DNA of 64,000 nucleotides from Octopus sinensis (GCF_006345805.1 NC_043008.1:37634001-37698000); one strand, 5' to 3'; counted from the stretch's first letter, positions 1-14,427 are shown. The notes: generated by a model from the sequence alone, not told the origin. A program made the numbers and translations.

Positions 1-150
1 GAGAGTAAACCATAACAGATTTCTTATGTTGTATATAAACTATATTTATTAACTTCTTGATATATTTGGTCTTTGGGCATTAAGCCATGCTACTATATTC
101 AGTACAGTCCTTCATATAACTAAAGATTGTATAGCCATGGGTGAATGCCT

Positions 151-1264
151 TTAACCTTTCAGCATTTAAACTAACCATGTCCGGCCCAAATATTCTACCT
201 GTTTTATTTTCAAAGTGGCCAGATCAACACTCTCACACCTTTCCTACAATGTCAAAGAAGTTTGCTCTCTAACTACATAGGTCTGAGTTCAGTCCCACTG
301 CATGGCACCTTGGATAAGTGTCTTCTTCTATAGCCTCAGGTCAGCTAAAACCTTGTGAGTTGATTTGGTGGATGGAAACTGAAAGAAGCCTGTCATATAT
401 ATGTCATATATAATAAAAAAACTGCAATGGTCTTATTCTCCACTTGATAAATGGTGGTATAAATTATTGTGACCAGGAAACCCTGGGTAGCTGCATTTAA
501 TAAGATCTGTGTTTTTTTATTATAAGATTATCTTTACTCTCTTAGTTGATCAAGCACTTTTCTACTTGAAGTATTACCACACAATTATGTCTATGTACAT
601 ACATATATGTGTGTGTGTGTTTGCTCCTCTTCCACTGCTTGATAAGCAGTGTTAGTGTGTTTATGTCCCTGTAACTTAACAGTTCAGCAAAAGAGTACAA
701 TAAATTAAGTACCTGAATTAAAAACATAGGTAGTAGGGTTGATATTTTTTTATTTATGCGCCCTTTTCAAACCTAACCAGGCTCATGGGCCCGGTTTCCC
801 AGTTTCTGTGGTGTATGTGTTCCCCCCAGCTGGACGGGATGCTAGTCCATCGTAGCGTTACTCAGGAAACAGGAAGAAAGAGTGAGAAATAGTTGGGGCG
901 AAAGAGTACAACAGGGGTGCCACCACCCCTGCTGGAGCCTCATGGAGCTTTAGGTGTTTTTGCTCAATAAACACACACAATACCCGGTCTGAGAATCAAA
1001 ACCGCGATCCTCCGACCATGAGTCCACTGCCATACCCCTGGGCCATTGCGTCTCTACAGTAGGGTTGATTCATTCAAGTAAAATTCTTCAAGGTGGTGCC
1101 CCAGCATGGCCATAGATTAATGACTGAAACAAGTAAAAGTTAAAAGATAAAAGAATCATGACTTTGAAATCCCAAAGTTACATGATAATACAGGATTAAC
1201 TTTAAAGAATGAGAATAAAAAAAGTATTACTTTTGACAAAATAATTTGAATGCTAAAGGGTTAA
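151..1264. mobile_element. TTAA-flanked piggyBac-type MITE split by nested SINE insertions
   Basis: Left end TTAACCTTTCAGCATTTAAA and right end TTTGAATGCTAAAGGGTTAA are inverted. About 100 bp at each end is MITE body; the middle is SINE sequence. Confidence 0.65.
757..1057 (-). mobile_element. tRNA-derived SINE, mosaic copy
   Basis: Head matches the 15780-15880 copy (A/B-box-like tRNA head); tail matches the 3' end of the 28721-28962 element. Confidence 0.75.
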
Positions 1265-2206
1265 ACAGAGATTTGTTCAATAAAGACTGACCTGGGGTTA
1301 AACAACAGCAATAAAGAAACACTATAGAAAGAAAATTATTGTAATGTTGTGGTGTATCCACAGTTCAACTCTAAAATCTCATTCAGAAAAACAAGCAAAG
1401 ACTAAGGAGTGAAAGTGCAGACAAGCATGGGAAAAAAATGCCTGAGGAACAGAACATCGATAAGGTCACAAGGTGTGATTAAAGGACTTTGACAAAGCAA
1501 TTAACTAATTAATTGATTAATTGGTTAGTCAAAGTTTAATTAAATTGGTTGGTTAAAGTCTAATTAAATAATTAGTTAACTGGTAATAAATCAGAAATGA
1601 ACTACAATTACTAGTAATATTCTATTGGAAAGAAAAATAAAACAATCCCCAGAAGTCCACCAATGTTTGATTCAGCATATAATGCCATATCAACAATTGA
1701 GTAAAACACTCAAAAATGAAATGCATTTTTTCAAATATGTTTTTTTTTTCATTATGGCTGATAACAAGAAACATTTTCCACCATGGCCATCCAGATGTGT
1801 GTGAAAAAATATTTATGAGTATTTGAATGAGAACATGTAAATCAAGTTTTATGAATGCATAAATGTGTGTAAATTTTCATGATATATGTACACATATGTG
1901 AATGTGTGTGGTGTGCGTATATACAGGTGTGTATGAATGTAAGTGCTTATATGACACACACACACACACATATGTATATATATGCACAAGGAGCCATGTT
2001 AGTGTTGATATGTGGGTTTGATTTGAGTTGGAGTTAGCTCATGATTTTTCAGTTAATTGTTTAAATAATATTTCGTTTTGGGATTTGGTTTAACAGAATG
2101 CATTTAAGTAAATGTCACTTTAAATCAGAGTATATATATTATTATTATGGTGGTACCCCAGCATGGCCATGGCCTTCGGGCTAAAACATTTTTAAGGATT
2201 TTAAGG

Positions 2207-2252
<46 letters not shown>

Positions 2253-2596
2253 GTCAGTGGTTAGAGTGTTGGGTTCACTATCATAAGCTAGTAAGTTTGA
2301 TTCTTGGACTGGGCTATGTTGCATTCTTGAGCAAGACACTTTATTTCCTGTTGCTCCATCTCATTCAGATGCAGAAATGAGTTCCGATGTCACTGGTGCT
2401 AATCTGTACTGGCCATTACTTTTCCCTTGGATACCATTGGTGGCATGGAGACGGGAATCAATGACTGAAACAAATAAAAGAATAAGAAAATATATATGTA
2501 TATATAAATATGTATACACTCATATACACGCATATTTCCTATTTTATACAAATGAGTTTGTAAGCATAAGAACTTAAATAATATTTTGTGCATCTA

Positions 2597-3012
2597 AGGT
2601 GGTGAACTGGCAGAAACGTTAGCACGCCGGGCAAAAAGCTTAGTGGTATTTCGTTTGCCGCTATGTTCAGGGTTCAAATTCCGCCGAGGTCGACTTTGCC
2701 TTTCATCCTTTCGGGGTCGATAAATTAAGTACCAGTTATGTAATCGACTTAATCCATTTGTTTTATTCTTGTTTGTTCCCTCTATGTTTAGCCCCTTGTG
2801 GGCAATAAAGAAATAAGAAACTTTAGCATGCTGGGTGACATGCTTAGTAGTATTTCGTCTGTCTTTAGATTCTGACTTCAAATTCTGCCAAGGTTGACTT
2901 TGCCTTTCATCCTTTCGAGGTTCATAAATTAAGTACCAGTTGTGTACTGGAGTCGATCTAATCGACTGGTCCCTCCTCAAAAATTTCGGGCCTTGTACCT
3001 AGAGTAGAAAAA
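2597..3012 (+). mobile_element. Head-to-tail dimer of SINE family B (ggtgaactggcagaaacgttagcac...gtcgactttgcctttcatcc)
   Basis: Two consecutive copies. Further copies at about 14185-14410 (+), 20960-21170 (-), 41530-41765 (-), 48075-48300 (-), 50335-50560 (+), 51835-52250 (-). Confidence 0.8.
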
Positions 3013-4086
3013 AAAATTTTGTGCGTTTGCAATGGTTAAGTCAAAGCATTGGCAAAGTACAGGCAAGGTACAGACATGGCTGTGTGGTAAGAAGCTTGCT
3101 TCCTAGTCATGTGTTCTTGCATTCACTCCCAATGAATGGCACCTTTGGCAAATGCCTCTTGCTATAGCATCAGGCTGATGATAACCTTGTAAGTAGATTT
3201 GGTAGATGAAAACTAAAAGAAACCCATTGTATATGTCTATGTATTTATATATATATATGTATATATATAACGTTTTTATTTCGTATATTTTCATTTGTCT
3301 TGCTTATTTTTAACGCTTTGGTTTGTACTGAGTTTTTATTTGAGAACACATTCTTCGTGGAAAATAGTGATTTTGACGTCTATATCTTGCATGTTGACCA
3401 TCCACTTTTAGTGGTCAGTCCTTTAAACTTTGTAAGTAAAAATATTTTAATCTTCGGATTTCTTTAATATGCTAGGCCACTGGTTTTAATTGATTAATAT
3501 CAATTTCTACTCCTATTAAATTTTATATATATATATATATGTATATCTTTGTCACCAATGCTTGAAAACTGGCATTGCTTTTGCTTATGCCCCCATAACA
3601 GCAGTTTGGCAAAAGAAACCAACAAAATAAACCAGGCTTTAAAAAAATGTACTGGGATTGATTCATTTGACCAAAAAAAAAACCCTTTCAAGGTGGTGCC
3701 CCAGCATGGCCACTATCCAATGCCTGAAACAAATAAAAGATAAAAAATGAGTCGGATTATAGTTGTTAAGCATGTATGTATTTATCTGGGTGTGAATGCA
3801 TACTGTGAATGTCACAGCATGCATAATTCTAATATAATCACATGACTGTATCCCCTGCATTCATTTGTGCATATGTACATGTAAATGCTTTGTCTGTGGG
3901 TGTGTATGCCTGTATGTATGTGTCTTGCATACATAAGTAATATACTATTACTACACTAGTTGCAGTGTAAACCTGATTTTTACAGGATCTAAGGATGATA
4001 AACTTGTGTTAAAACTAAAATTAATTCTGTTTTCTTTTAAAAGCAAAAAGTGCCCCCTGCATGAAGTAGCCACAACTAGAACGATT

Positions 4087-4176
4087 CTAAATTGTAGGAT
4101 ATGTATAATCTTCAACATGCAGGGAAAGCGCTGATGAGCCTTCAGCTTTCTGGATATGTTGCAATCTATTATGCAA
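4087..4176 (-). CDS. Putative terminal coding exon of unidentified minus-strand gene (LHNRLQHIQKAEGSSALSLHVEDYTYPTI*)
   Basis: Acceptor ttttgccaacag|TTG; 29 codons to TAG; phase 0 matches upstream exon 6185-6282. Confidence 0.5.
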   Translation of the reverse strand: MHNRLQHIQKAEGSSALSLHVEDYTYPTI

Positions 4177-4333
4177 CTGTTGGCAAAATTGATACTTAAA
4201 TGCTTCAAACATTGTAACAATAGGCAGATTCTCTAATAATAGGTATATTCACTCAACAGGCTTATTGAGTTCTCATTTTTTAAAATATGTGCTATCTCAA
4301 CCAAATAACTACTTCAGTTCAGTTTACATACAT

Positions 4334-4375
<42 letters not shown>

Positions 4376-4423
4376 GCTAGCATGGAGAACGGACGTTAAA
4401 CAATGATGATGATGATGATGATG

Positions 4424-4456
<33 letters not shown>

Positions 4457-4568
4457 GTATACATGTATGTGTGTGTGTGTGTGTGCATGTGCATGTATGT
4501 ATACATATAGATATATACACACACACACATATATATATATATATTATATATATATATAATATAATGTG

Positions 4569-4612
<44 letters not shown>

Positions 4613-6184
4613 CACAAACACACAGATATACATATAATAAATCATTTATGAATATCTAGCTATCCATATGTGTGTGTGCATGTATGTGTGTATGCATGTG
4701 TATGTGATGTGTGTGTGTGTGTGCGTGTGTGTGTGTGATGTATGTGTGTGTGTGTGTAGGTGTATAAGGGTATGCATCTGCATATCCATATATTTATGTT
4801 TGCAAGGGTGCATGTTTGCAAGGGGGTATGCCTGTAAATACTCGCATAAATGTCAAACAAAATCAAAACAAAATAGTAAATTGCCAGAGAAGGAGTTAGA
4901 GGCAGAAATGGAAGAATATAAAAAGAAGAGAAGGGAAGCGATGTGATGACAGGGAAGGATTGGAAGAGAAACCCCATTCCCACCACCCCCACCCTTCCTG
5001 TTACTTCTCTTGATTACCTTCTTTTTATTTATTTATTATTCTCCTGGCATGAAAAATGAGCAAAGTGAAGAAGGAGTTGGGAGAAGAGGTGGAGGGGAGT
5101 ACAAAGGAGCAGAAAGAAAAGGCAAAAAGGCTATGGGGAGTAAAACAAAAAGGCAAAAGGACAAGGAAAAGAAGTTGTAGTAGGGGGAGAAATAGGAAGA
5201 GTTAAAGAAGATGAAGAAGGAAACAAAAATATAATTTACAGAAGGAAAAGAAAATGAAGAATAGGTATAGGTAAGAAGAAGAGATTCTAATAGAATTCTG
5301 GAATTTTGTATATAGATAAATGTGTAGAATATTGAAATAAATAAAATTTGTAACAAATGCGCCAAAAAGGAATCGTAAAAGATATTAATAAGTATGTATG
5401 TGTGAAGAGATGCATAAGAAATGTATTGAATAAACATTGAAGAAAATGTATGTGTTGAAAATGGTTGATAAAAATGTGTTGGAATGAAATAAAATGATTC
5501 AATGTAAATATATATTTGATGGACATACACAGAGATCCGTATGCAATGATGCATTCAATTACATGCAGCATGCAAATGTGCAACAGATACATTCTTACAC
5601 ATGAGCCTTAATCTACAAACGTATGTGTGTGTGTGTGTGTGTGGTGTGTGTGTGTGTAGATGAAGTATAGAAATTGAGAAATATAGAGTTAAATAATAAA
5701 AAAAAAAGAAAACCCAAGAGTGGGCTGTTCAAAAATATATGAAATTATTTCAGATAAACTTTTTTAAGAGGATGTAAAATGTGTAAAATATTAGTTAAAA
5801 ATTTCAATAAAAGTTAATTAGTTGAATGAATAGAGTAGAATCAACCATAACAAAACACAGAAAGTTTGGTGCTGAAAAGAACAAAAGTTCTTTGAATCCA
5901 GGAAAAAATATAAGCAACCTTCAGATAAGAATATATGAAAAACTAGAAAGTAAGTATAGTAATAGTAACAAAAACGTAGATTGTTTTTTTTCTCTTTTAA
6001 GTCCAGATATTAAAAACCGTTGGTAATAGACAATAAACAGGTAAAAAAAAATAAAGGTTAAAAGAACAAATTGTGTTTAAGATCCAGTTTGTTAAAAAAG
6101 CTCAGTATACATCATTCATTAAGCAGTAGTATGTTACAAGGCAAGAAACTCGTAGTGTGTCTGCGAGAATTTAATAATTCAAAC

Positions 6185-6282
6185 TTCTTTTTTATTCAAA
6201 GCACATCTTTCTAGAATAGAATGGCATAAGTTTTTGTGCAAACAACAAAACAGATCCCAACGAAGAATGGAAAGAGCAGTGT
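6185..6282 (-). CDS. Putative internal exon ((D)TALSILRWDLFCCLHKNLCHSILERCALNKKE)
   Basis: Acceptor cttagtccttacag|, donor GAA|gtttga; 98 nt, phase 1 to 0, open frame joining both neighbours. Confidence 0.55.
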
Positions 6283-6670
6283 CTGTAAGGACTAAGCTTA
6301 AGGCACTCCACATTTCAACTTTTCAAGCAACAAACTAATACCATATTCACCAAACTTTGTTCTTTTTGGGGTTTTTTGCACTGTTATTTCAGTGTTTATT
6401 GACCTTAAAATAGTCTTACATACATACGTACAAACACACAGACACACACACACACATTAAACACACACACACACACATATATTCTATTTTATTGTGGTCA
6501 TTCTGGAGCACCGCCTTTAGTTAAGTAAATTGCCCCCAGGACCTATTCTTTGTAAGCCTAGCACTTATTCTATCAGCCCCTTTTGCCAAACCACTAAGCT
6601 ACGGGGATGTAAACACACCAACATCACTTGTCAAGCAATGATAGGGCAACAAACACAAACACACAAACAT

Positions 6671-6711
<41 letters not shown>

Positions 6712-6739
6712 CATACATATATACATATATACATATATA

Positions 6740-7088
6740 CAGTGGTTGGACAAAATAATGTAAACACCTAGCATTATAGCATCATAATTTTGAAATATCT
6801 ATAAAACCATCAAAAGCTTGCGTATTTTTATGGTTTTGATTTATTATTAATGTTGCTTCATATGTTTTGCAAAAATTGCTGTTTCTTTTCAGACATCATC
6901 AGAAAAAGGTAATTAAATTTCATTAAAATGACAGATCTATCAGACTTTCAAAGAGATCAAATTCTTGGTGTTCGTATGGCAGGTGCTAGCGTAATGAAAA
7001 CAGCTGAAATGTTTGGTGTATCAAGAACTACTGTCTCAAAAGTAATGACAGCCTTTGAGAAAGAAGGAAAAACCTCCCCGTTGAAACA
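6740..7088 (+). mobile_element. Tc1-like transposon 5' fragment
   Basis: TA|CAGTGG terminus; N-terminal HTH peptide MTDLSDFQRDQILGVRMAGASVMKTAEMFGVSRTTVSKV, truncated at (TA)n. Confidence 0.8.
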
Positions 7089-7149
7089 AATATATATATA
7101 TATATATAAAGTTGTCATTATTGTTCAAAGAATCGTTAGCGTTTGACTC

Positions 7150-9900
7150 AATTTCTTAATTTATCCATGTTATATAAAAACAATTCACTTAACCCTGGAA
7201 TTTCTACCTTTATAAGTAGTCTGTAATATCCATCCGATTTATTTAAATTTTTGCTACCCTTGAAACTATTTTTTTCTTTTCCTTGTTATTTCTACACACT
7301 GAAAATATATACATACATTTATATACACTTCTTCAATCAGGTTTTCATATAACCTGCAAATAATATAGTTACCACATGTGGAGTTATTTAATATAAACAC
7401 ATCTCTTAAGGATATACCTATTTTCCTAAGAAAGGCTTTCCTTAAACAACTCATTAGTAAGACAATCTCCTTTATTAACCACATTCGATGGCTTGCTTTC
7501 TTCTTCAACAATAAAGACATTAAACAACCTTCTAATGAACAAACTTCTGAATTCAGCAAATTTTTAAAATCTAAAATAATCCTCCACCTAACCCAAAATT
7601 GAAACAGTTTGAAGATGATATCTGGTCTATTGTGAAGAATGTGAAATTTCATCGTTCACTCTTAACCCTTTTGCTACCATATTTCTGTTGAGATGCTCTG
7701 TGCTTCTTTCAATTAATTTTAAATATAACAAAGGATTTAGTAAAATAACTTAGTTATCATTAAGATAGTGTTAGGAACATAAATTGTGACTGAAGTTTGG
7801 TGGAAGATTTTAACTCAGAAGTTATGAAAACAAGACATTTGTACAACAGAGCCAGAGGCGGTTTCAGGCAGGTTGGTATCAAAAGGGCTGAGGTATCTTC
7901 ACAATATCACCAAAGAAATTCACAACATTGATGGGATACTTGTTCGATCTGATAAAACAGGAAGCATATACAAACTTACCAAGGATTACTACATAGAATT
8001 GCTTAGGAAAGATATTCCAAAGAATTATAGGATTACTGGTAAAAATGCTATCAGGAAAGCCAACTTTGAGGCTAAGAAAAGTTATGGAGAAATAAGACTT
8101 ACAGATGAAGACCAAACATCTTTATCCTAAACAAACTCATTTTATTTTAAAAGACCACAAATCAAATTTTTTACAACCCAGCTTTACAACTTATTTGTCC
8201 TTCTAGCTCTGTTATTGGTGTACTTAGTAAAAATATTCAAGATAAATATATTCCTTCTTTAGTTAAAAAATGAAAGCTTAATTTGTGGTTTAATTCATTT
8301 CAAGTGGTCAACAGGTTTAATAACAAGAAGTGCACTAAGTTTATCCAGTTCGACCTTTCTAGTTATTATTATTCTTTTAATCTAATTGTACTTAACAAAG
8401 CACTCTGTTTTGCACACAACAAAGCAGGTCTCATCCAGGATGAAATTAATGTAGTGTTAGTTGCCAGAAAATCAATCATTATATTTGAAAATAAGTTATG
8501 GGTCTGTAAAGATATGCCTGATAGTTTTGATGTCACAATAGGAAGTTCTGACTTAGCACAATGGGCTGATTTGGTCTGTATCTATATCCCTAATGAGATA
8601 GCTGACCAATTTCCAAACATCAGTGGAGGTTTATATCATGATGATTGTCTACTGTGCCTTCAAACTGTTTCTAACCAAAAATTACAAAGGGTTGAAAATA
8701 AGTTGGTTAAATTTTTCTGAAACATGGGCTTAAACATTATTTTCGATGGTGATATAAGTAAAACCAACTTTTTAGATATTACCCTTAACTTATATAATGA
8801 TTCATATTTCCCATACCATAAACCCCCAACTAATTTAAAATATATTAGCTTTTTCAATAATCATCCAAAGACTTTTACAAGAAGCTTTAAAATATTTCAT
8901 TCAGACTTTCTAGATTATCTGCTGATGTTGATATCTTTAACGATAAAGCTGTATTTTATAACACTGCCTTACTTTAAACAGGCTATAAAGAAAATATTAC
9001 CTATATTAACCCACTTGACATTAATTCTGCCCCTATTAATCAGCACATGAAAACACATCATAACAGTAATAACAATATGAATTTTAGTTTGAATAATAAC
9101 AATAAATTGGAAAATGTATTTTTGCAGCATTAGGGAGACAACCGTTCTTTATTTCCCTTTATATGTAATAAGAATAAGTCTAGGACTTTGAAGATAATTA
9201 CCCAGATAACAAGATGGTAAAACAATTTGGTTGATCATTACATTTGATAAGCACATTAAATCCAACCTCCCTTATCAGTTTCATGAAGCTATAGATAAGA
9301 ATTTTCCCCCAAATTCAAGATACCATTTCATTATCGAATTAGGATAGATTTTTCAAACACCAAGAACCTTTTATGAATCATTTCCTCACATAACCATAAG
9401 TTATTAAATACAAATCCATTTAATGAAAATAATAACAGTGATATTATTAATGTTAACCATTCTTTGAACAATAATAACAACAATATTGAAATTTCTGATA
9501 TAAATTCAAATAGAATTTGTTTCCTTAGCAGTAATTCTAAGACTAGAAACTCTGTTTGTTAATGTAAAATTACTTCCAGTTCTGATGTTTTCATCTCAGT
9601 TGTCAAAAAGAATATCTAACCATTATTCTACATTTAAACATAACCCTAACAAACAAACACAACAATACTGGACTTAGTAAATTAATTTGGTCTCTAAAGG
9701 AACATAATAAACAATACGGTTTGGTATGGAAAATTCTATCTAGATCCTTTCCCTATGACAAAGGTAAATCTTTTTCCCGCTCTGCAATGAGGAGCTATTT
9801 TTCATCCTTTTCTCGAAGCATACTCTTATAAACATGTGTAAAGAACATGTTTATTGTTGTAAACATTGGTAAAAACATACCTTTAGTTACTAATTTCTAC
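7150..9900 (+). mobile_element. Decayed Penelope-like retroelement (RT region, probably Naiad-type)
   Basis: Disrupted RT motifs KFIQFD, SFDVTIGSSD, GLYHDD, NFLDITLNL and PYHKP; an IWFNPP-like thumb remnant near 9230; stops and frameshifts. Boundaries approximate. Confidence 0.85.
7662..7887. mobile_element. piggyBac-type MITE inserted in the Penelope element
   Basis: TTAA-CCCTTTTGCTACCA ... TGGTATCAAAAGGG inverted termini. Confidence 0.7.
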
Positions 9901-10665
9901 TAATCTGTAAAATTCAACTTTTAACTGTCTTCTTACATTTCATTTCCACTACATATATCTATTTCCATGCTTTTAAACTTATTCCCATTCATGTATCGCT
10001 TTATAATTTTTCACTCTTAATTTTCTGTTAATTTCTTTCTCTCTTCTCCTATGCTTTCTCTAAATTACCTTTGACAACCAAATCCATTCACAAGGCTTTG
10101 GGTGGCCCAAGGCTGTAGTAGATGGCACTTGCCCAGGATGTCGTGCATTGGGACTGAACCGAGAACCATGTGATTGGGAAGCACATCTAAAATGGTGATG
10201 GAGATATTTGGCAGCCCCTTGATCTACAGCTGGTTTTTAAAAGAATAACGTGCTAGCATTCTCCTTATATCATATATTTACGTACATGGTAATCACATTT
10301 GTTTAAAATGGTTTATTGATGTGTTTTGTTCCTTTTCTTTCCTCGACAAGATTGCATTGCTTTACATCATTAGAGACCTTTGAGTGTTGAAGAGGGTCCT
10401 ACAGAATAATTGTTTATCACTGTACACTAACTTCTGTTTTACTTTCACTGATAGCTCTACAAGACACCGACTAGAACAACTCTACTCTTTGACTCTCAAC
10501 CCTTTCTTGAAGACTGACTACTGGTTTATTTCTAATGGCCTCTCCTACCACTTTTTATCGGGAGGGGTATACAGTTTCACTAAACAACAGTGTCACTATG
10601 TAAAATTTCATCCACCAATGTACAGAACTATTATCTACAACTTAGAACATACATATACACATACT

Positions 10666-10697
<32 letters not shown>

Positions 10698-10809
10698 AAC
10701 AAACACACACACACACACATATAAATAAGGATAAGATCGTAATTTAAATATCGATCTTATCAAGTGGCCAGCATGTAAATAAAAACCTTCAAAGGTAATA
10801 ATTATTATT

Positions 10810-10942
10810 AAAATTATAATTTAGGGTATCTAAGAGATAGCACCACGCTGGAAATGGTAGCCAAAACTTGACTCTAATGTGGTTTTAGAGTCACGTTTTG
10901 GCTGCTATTACCAGCGTAGTAGATACCCTAAATTATAATTTT
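10810..10942. repeat. Fold-back inverted repeat (about 133 bp)
   Basis: Perfect outer 22-bp arms AAAATTATAATTTAGGGTATCT / AGATACCCTAAATTATAATTTT; inner 34-bp arms with few mismatches. Confidence 0.9.
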
Positions 10943-11927
10943 ATATGTGTGTATATATATATATATATATACATGCACATAAATAAAATCATGCATGCAT
11001 ACATGTGTTTATACATACATAGTCTAAGTAGATTCATGTCTGGGTATGACTACTTCACAGGAAGGTTTCAATTTCTTGGATGTTACTATGAAAGGCCACA
11101 AAGAGAGGGCAAGTGCCATCTACTACAGCCTTGGGCCACCCAAAGCCTTGTGAATGGATTTTGTTGACAGAAACGGATAAAAGCCCATCATATATATTTG
11201 TGTGTGTGTGCATGTGTATATGCATGCGTGGATGTGTGTGTACGTACATACATACATATGGGGTTTAAAATTTATGACTAGATTCTATTGAATCCTATTA
11301 CTAATATATTTATATATGTATATACATTTATATATATGCATACATACATATATATATATATGTACAAATTTATGTATATATATATATATATAAATGTATG
11401 CATATGTGTGTGTAGGCATGTATGATGATAAATAACCTTTTTGTTTCTGCACTTTATTCTTTTATTTTTATATACTCATATACATAAACATCTTAAAAGT
11501 ACTTTTTCTTTTTAAAATTCAGAAACATAATCTCCATTGAATAAGAAATTATTAATATGTAATTATAAATATTTTACTGAAAATAAACATCTATAAAAGA
11601 TAATAATGTGATAATTTTAAAACAAAATGCATTGATTCCCAAGTAATAAATGTTTTTAAAGAAATTTTTTTTAATAGTCTTGTTCTTTCCTATAAAAATC
11701 ATTTTCTGGAGAATCAGAAACTCTTAAAGAAATTCCTAAAAACCAAAAATATTATATAATTCTTTAACATGAGAAATTTACGTTTTTTTTCTCCTTAAAT
11801 AATTCGAATTCATAGAGCAAGTGTTTTCCATGATAATATATTAGTTGTTAATCAAAAATTATAAAATTGTAAGTAAAAATATTTTAAGCATTATGCTTTT
11901 TTAAAAATTTATTTATCTCTAATTCAC

Positions 11928-11970
11928 CTGCAACAGCTTGCGATATCTTCATATTTATATGAATGAAATA
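11928..11970 (-). CDS. Putative internal exon (YFIHINMKISQAVA)
   Basis: Acceptor cattcttttag|, donor CAG|gtgaat; 43 nt, phase 0 to 1. Confidence 0.6.
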
Positions 11971-12400
11971 CTAAAAGAATGATTTCAAATTTTCTACATT
12001 TTATGCAATATTTCAAAGTGGTAATTCAGTGTTAAGAGAGCTTGGTGAAAATGCAGTGCATCAGCCAAATGGGCAACAGCAAAGAAATCTGGTATTTTTA
12101 ATATAAAGAATATTCAGTATTTGTAAAAACACACATTTGTAAATTACATACATTAATAAATCTAAATTCACAAGTTACATCTAGCAATAAATGGATTCAA
12201 ATTTGGTGAACAATTTTAGCTATTACATGGCTGCATAGGAGCAGGCTTGGCTGAATAGCTGAGAAGTTTACTTCCTAATCACACAGTTTCAAGTTCAGTC
12301 CCACAGTGTGGCACCATAGGCAAATATCTAATAGTACAGCCCCTGGTCAACCAAAGCCATGTGAGAGGATTTTGTGGATAGAAACTGACTGAAGCCCAAG

Positions 12401-13671
12401 GGGTCATCCCATAAATAATGCAGATTTGTTTTTATACTTTTATTTTTCAAAATTAAGATAGACAAATTTCTTTTTTAATCTAAAATATACTCTCCTTCAT
12501 TTTCTACAATGCTCTTCCATCTACATGGTAGACTTGCAAAGCCCCTTTTCCAAAATCCACTTGTTTGTGATAAAAAATACTCCTCCAGTACTATTCTGAC
12601 CTCGTCCACAGAATTCATATCTTTCCATCGAAATGATTTTGAAGATAGCAGAAAAATGATAACCAGATGTGGTAATGTCCGATGAATATGGTGGGTGGGG
12701 AATTGTTTCCCATTCAAACTGCTCTAGCCTTTCGAATAGCATCCTTACTGCATGTGGCCAAGCATTATCCTGATGGAAGAACACCTTCTTGTCTTGAAAC
12801 CAAAGATAGTTGTTTTTCTTTTAGCCCTGACTTAATCCACTCAAGCTGCTCACAGTAGATCTCCTTTGTTATCAATTGGTTTAGGTTTAAAAGTTCAAAG
12901 TCCCACCAAACAGATAACAACACCTTACGTGGGTGAAGACCTTCTTTAACCAGGTGTGCTGGTGTTTCCCCTTTCCCTACCCGCTGTCTTTGGGGCCTGA
13001 TATTTTTTTATAGAGAACCCATTTCTTTCACTAGTTACTATTTAGTGGGAAAAAAAGTTCATTCATGAGATGTGACAGCAAAGAAGGGCACACATTCACT
13101 CTCTGTACATGATTAGACTCAAAAAGTTTGTGACGAACCCATTGACCCAATTTGGTGACTTTTCCTATGTCATGCAGATGTTGATGGGTGGTTGAATGAC
13201 CAAATCCAAGCTTTTCTGCTAGTTCCTCAACATTTACGTTAGGATTTTATTCCACCAGGGTTTGCAGGATCTCCTTGTCAAGCTCTAAAGATCTTCTGGG
13301 ATGAGGCTTGTCTTCTAGGTTGTAGTTTCTGGCTTTGAATTTCTGGAACCAGCATTGACATTGGTTTACACTTATTATCTGATCTCCATATACTGCATTA
13401 ATGTTCCTCACACTTTCCATTGCATTGTTGCCTTTATCGAACTCATAAAGCAAAATATGCTGAATATGCTCTTTTGTCAAATCCTTTATAGCTTTGAAAA
13501 AATAACTGTTAAAATCGAACTGCACTCTTCAAATCTTGCACTAAGAATGAGGACAAGGTAAATTTACTACCTGCTTTTATAGTAAGTTAATGCAGGTAGT
13601 TTATTCCGTCCCATTCCAACTTTTAGTACATTCAATTGAAAAATCTGCCTTATTTATGGGATGACCCAATA
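12401..13671 (-). mobile_element. Near full-length defective mariner (DD34D) transposon
   Basis: TIRs GGGTCATCCCATAAATAA(T/G)GCAGATTT at both ends; transposase remnants HILLYEF...WFQKF and HQDNAWPH...HPPYSSD; multiple stops. Confidence 0.92.
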
Positions 13672-14057
13672 TATATATATATATATAATTATATGTAGAA
13701 AAATACAAACTGGGACAAGAACGTAAAACATTTAGAAGACGATACAAAAAACACGGACGGGACATTCGAAGCCTTCAATCTTCAGTCAAGAACCGGATCA
13801 TCCTCGCAATTTCAGCTGATTAATCTTGAGATCGCTCCGATCCAGCCAGTCCCAAGGAAAAACTAAGCTACGAGCATTAGATTTCTTGGAAAAAGGATCG
13901 AATGTATACGAAGCAAGGACATGTATATATATATATATATATACATACATACATACATATACATATATATATAAAATGTATAATAATAATAATGATAATA
14001 ATAATAACATCAAAAAATACCATAGGAATGAGAACCCAGGTTCAAAATTTTCACAAG

Positions 14058-14100
14058 CCACCTGTGAAGGCTGGAGAGTATATCAGCCGAAACGCTATGT
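14058..14100 (+). ncRNA. Degenerate type I hammerhead motif (PLE-terminal type)
   Basis: CTG-TGA AGGCTG...CAGCC GAAAC; one core base missing; related copy at 48493-48536. Confidence 0.4.
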
Positions 14101-14427
14101 TAACAACAAACAAGATGAGGACAAATATCCGTCAAATGTAAATAATGTAAATAATATTAACTTTATCATCCAATATATATATATGGGCGGTGAGTTTGCA
14201 GAATCGTTAGCACGCCAGGTGAAATGCTTAGCAATATTTAGTCTGCCGTTATATTCCGAGTTCAAATTCTTGCTCAGGTCGACTTTGCCTTTCATCCTTT
14301 CAGGACCGATTAAATAAGTACCAGTTATGCCCTAGGGTCGATGTAATTGACTTAATGCCTTTGTCTGTACTTGTTTGTCCCCTCTGTTTAGCCCCCTCTG
14401 GGCAATAAACAAATATATATATAATAT

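Noticed and set aside
6201-6283. Plus-strand exon reading AHLSRIEWHKFLCKQQ with a gtaagg donor
   Set aside because: It is antisense to a minus-strand exon that fits the phase chain; no consistent plus-strand chain was found.
7150-9900. Selenocysteine-type TGA recoding, as reported for some Naiad PLEs
   Set aside because: Stops are mixed TAA/TAG/TGA with frameshifts, consistent with ordinary decay.
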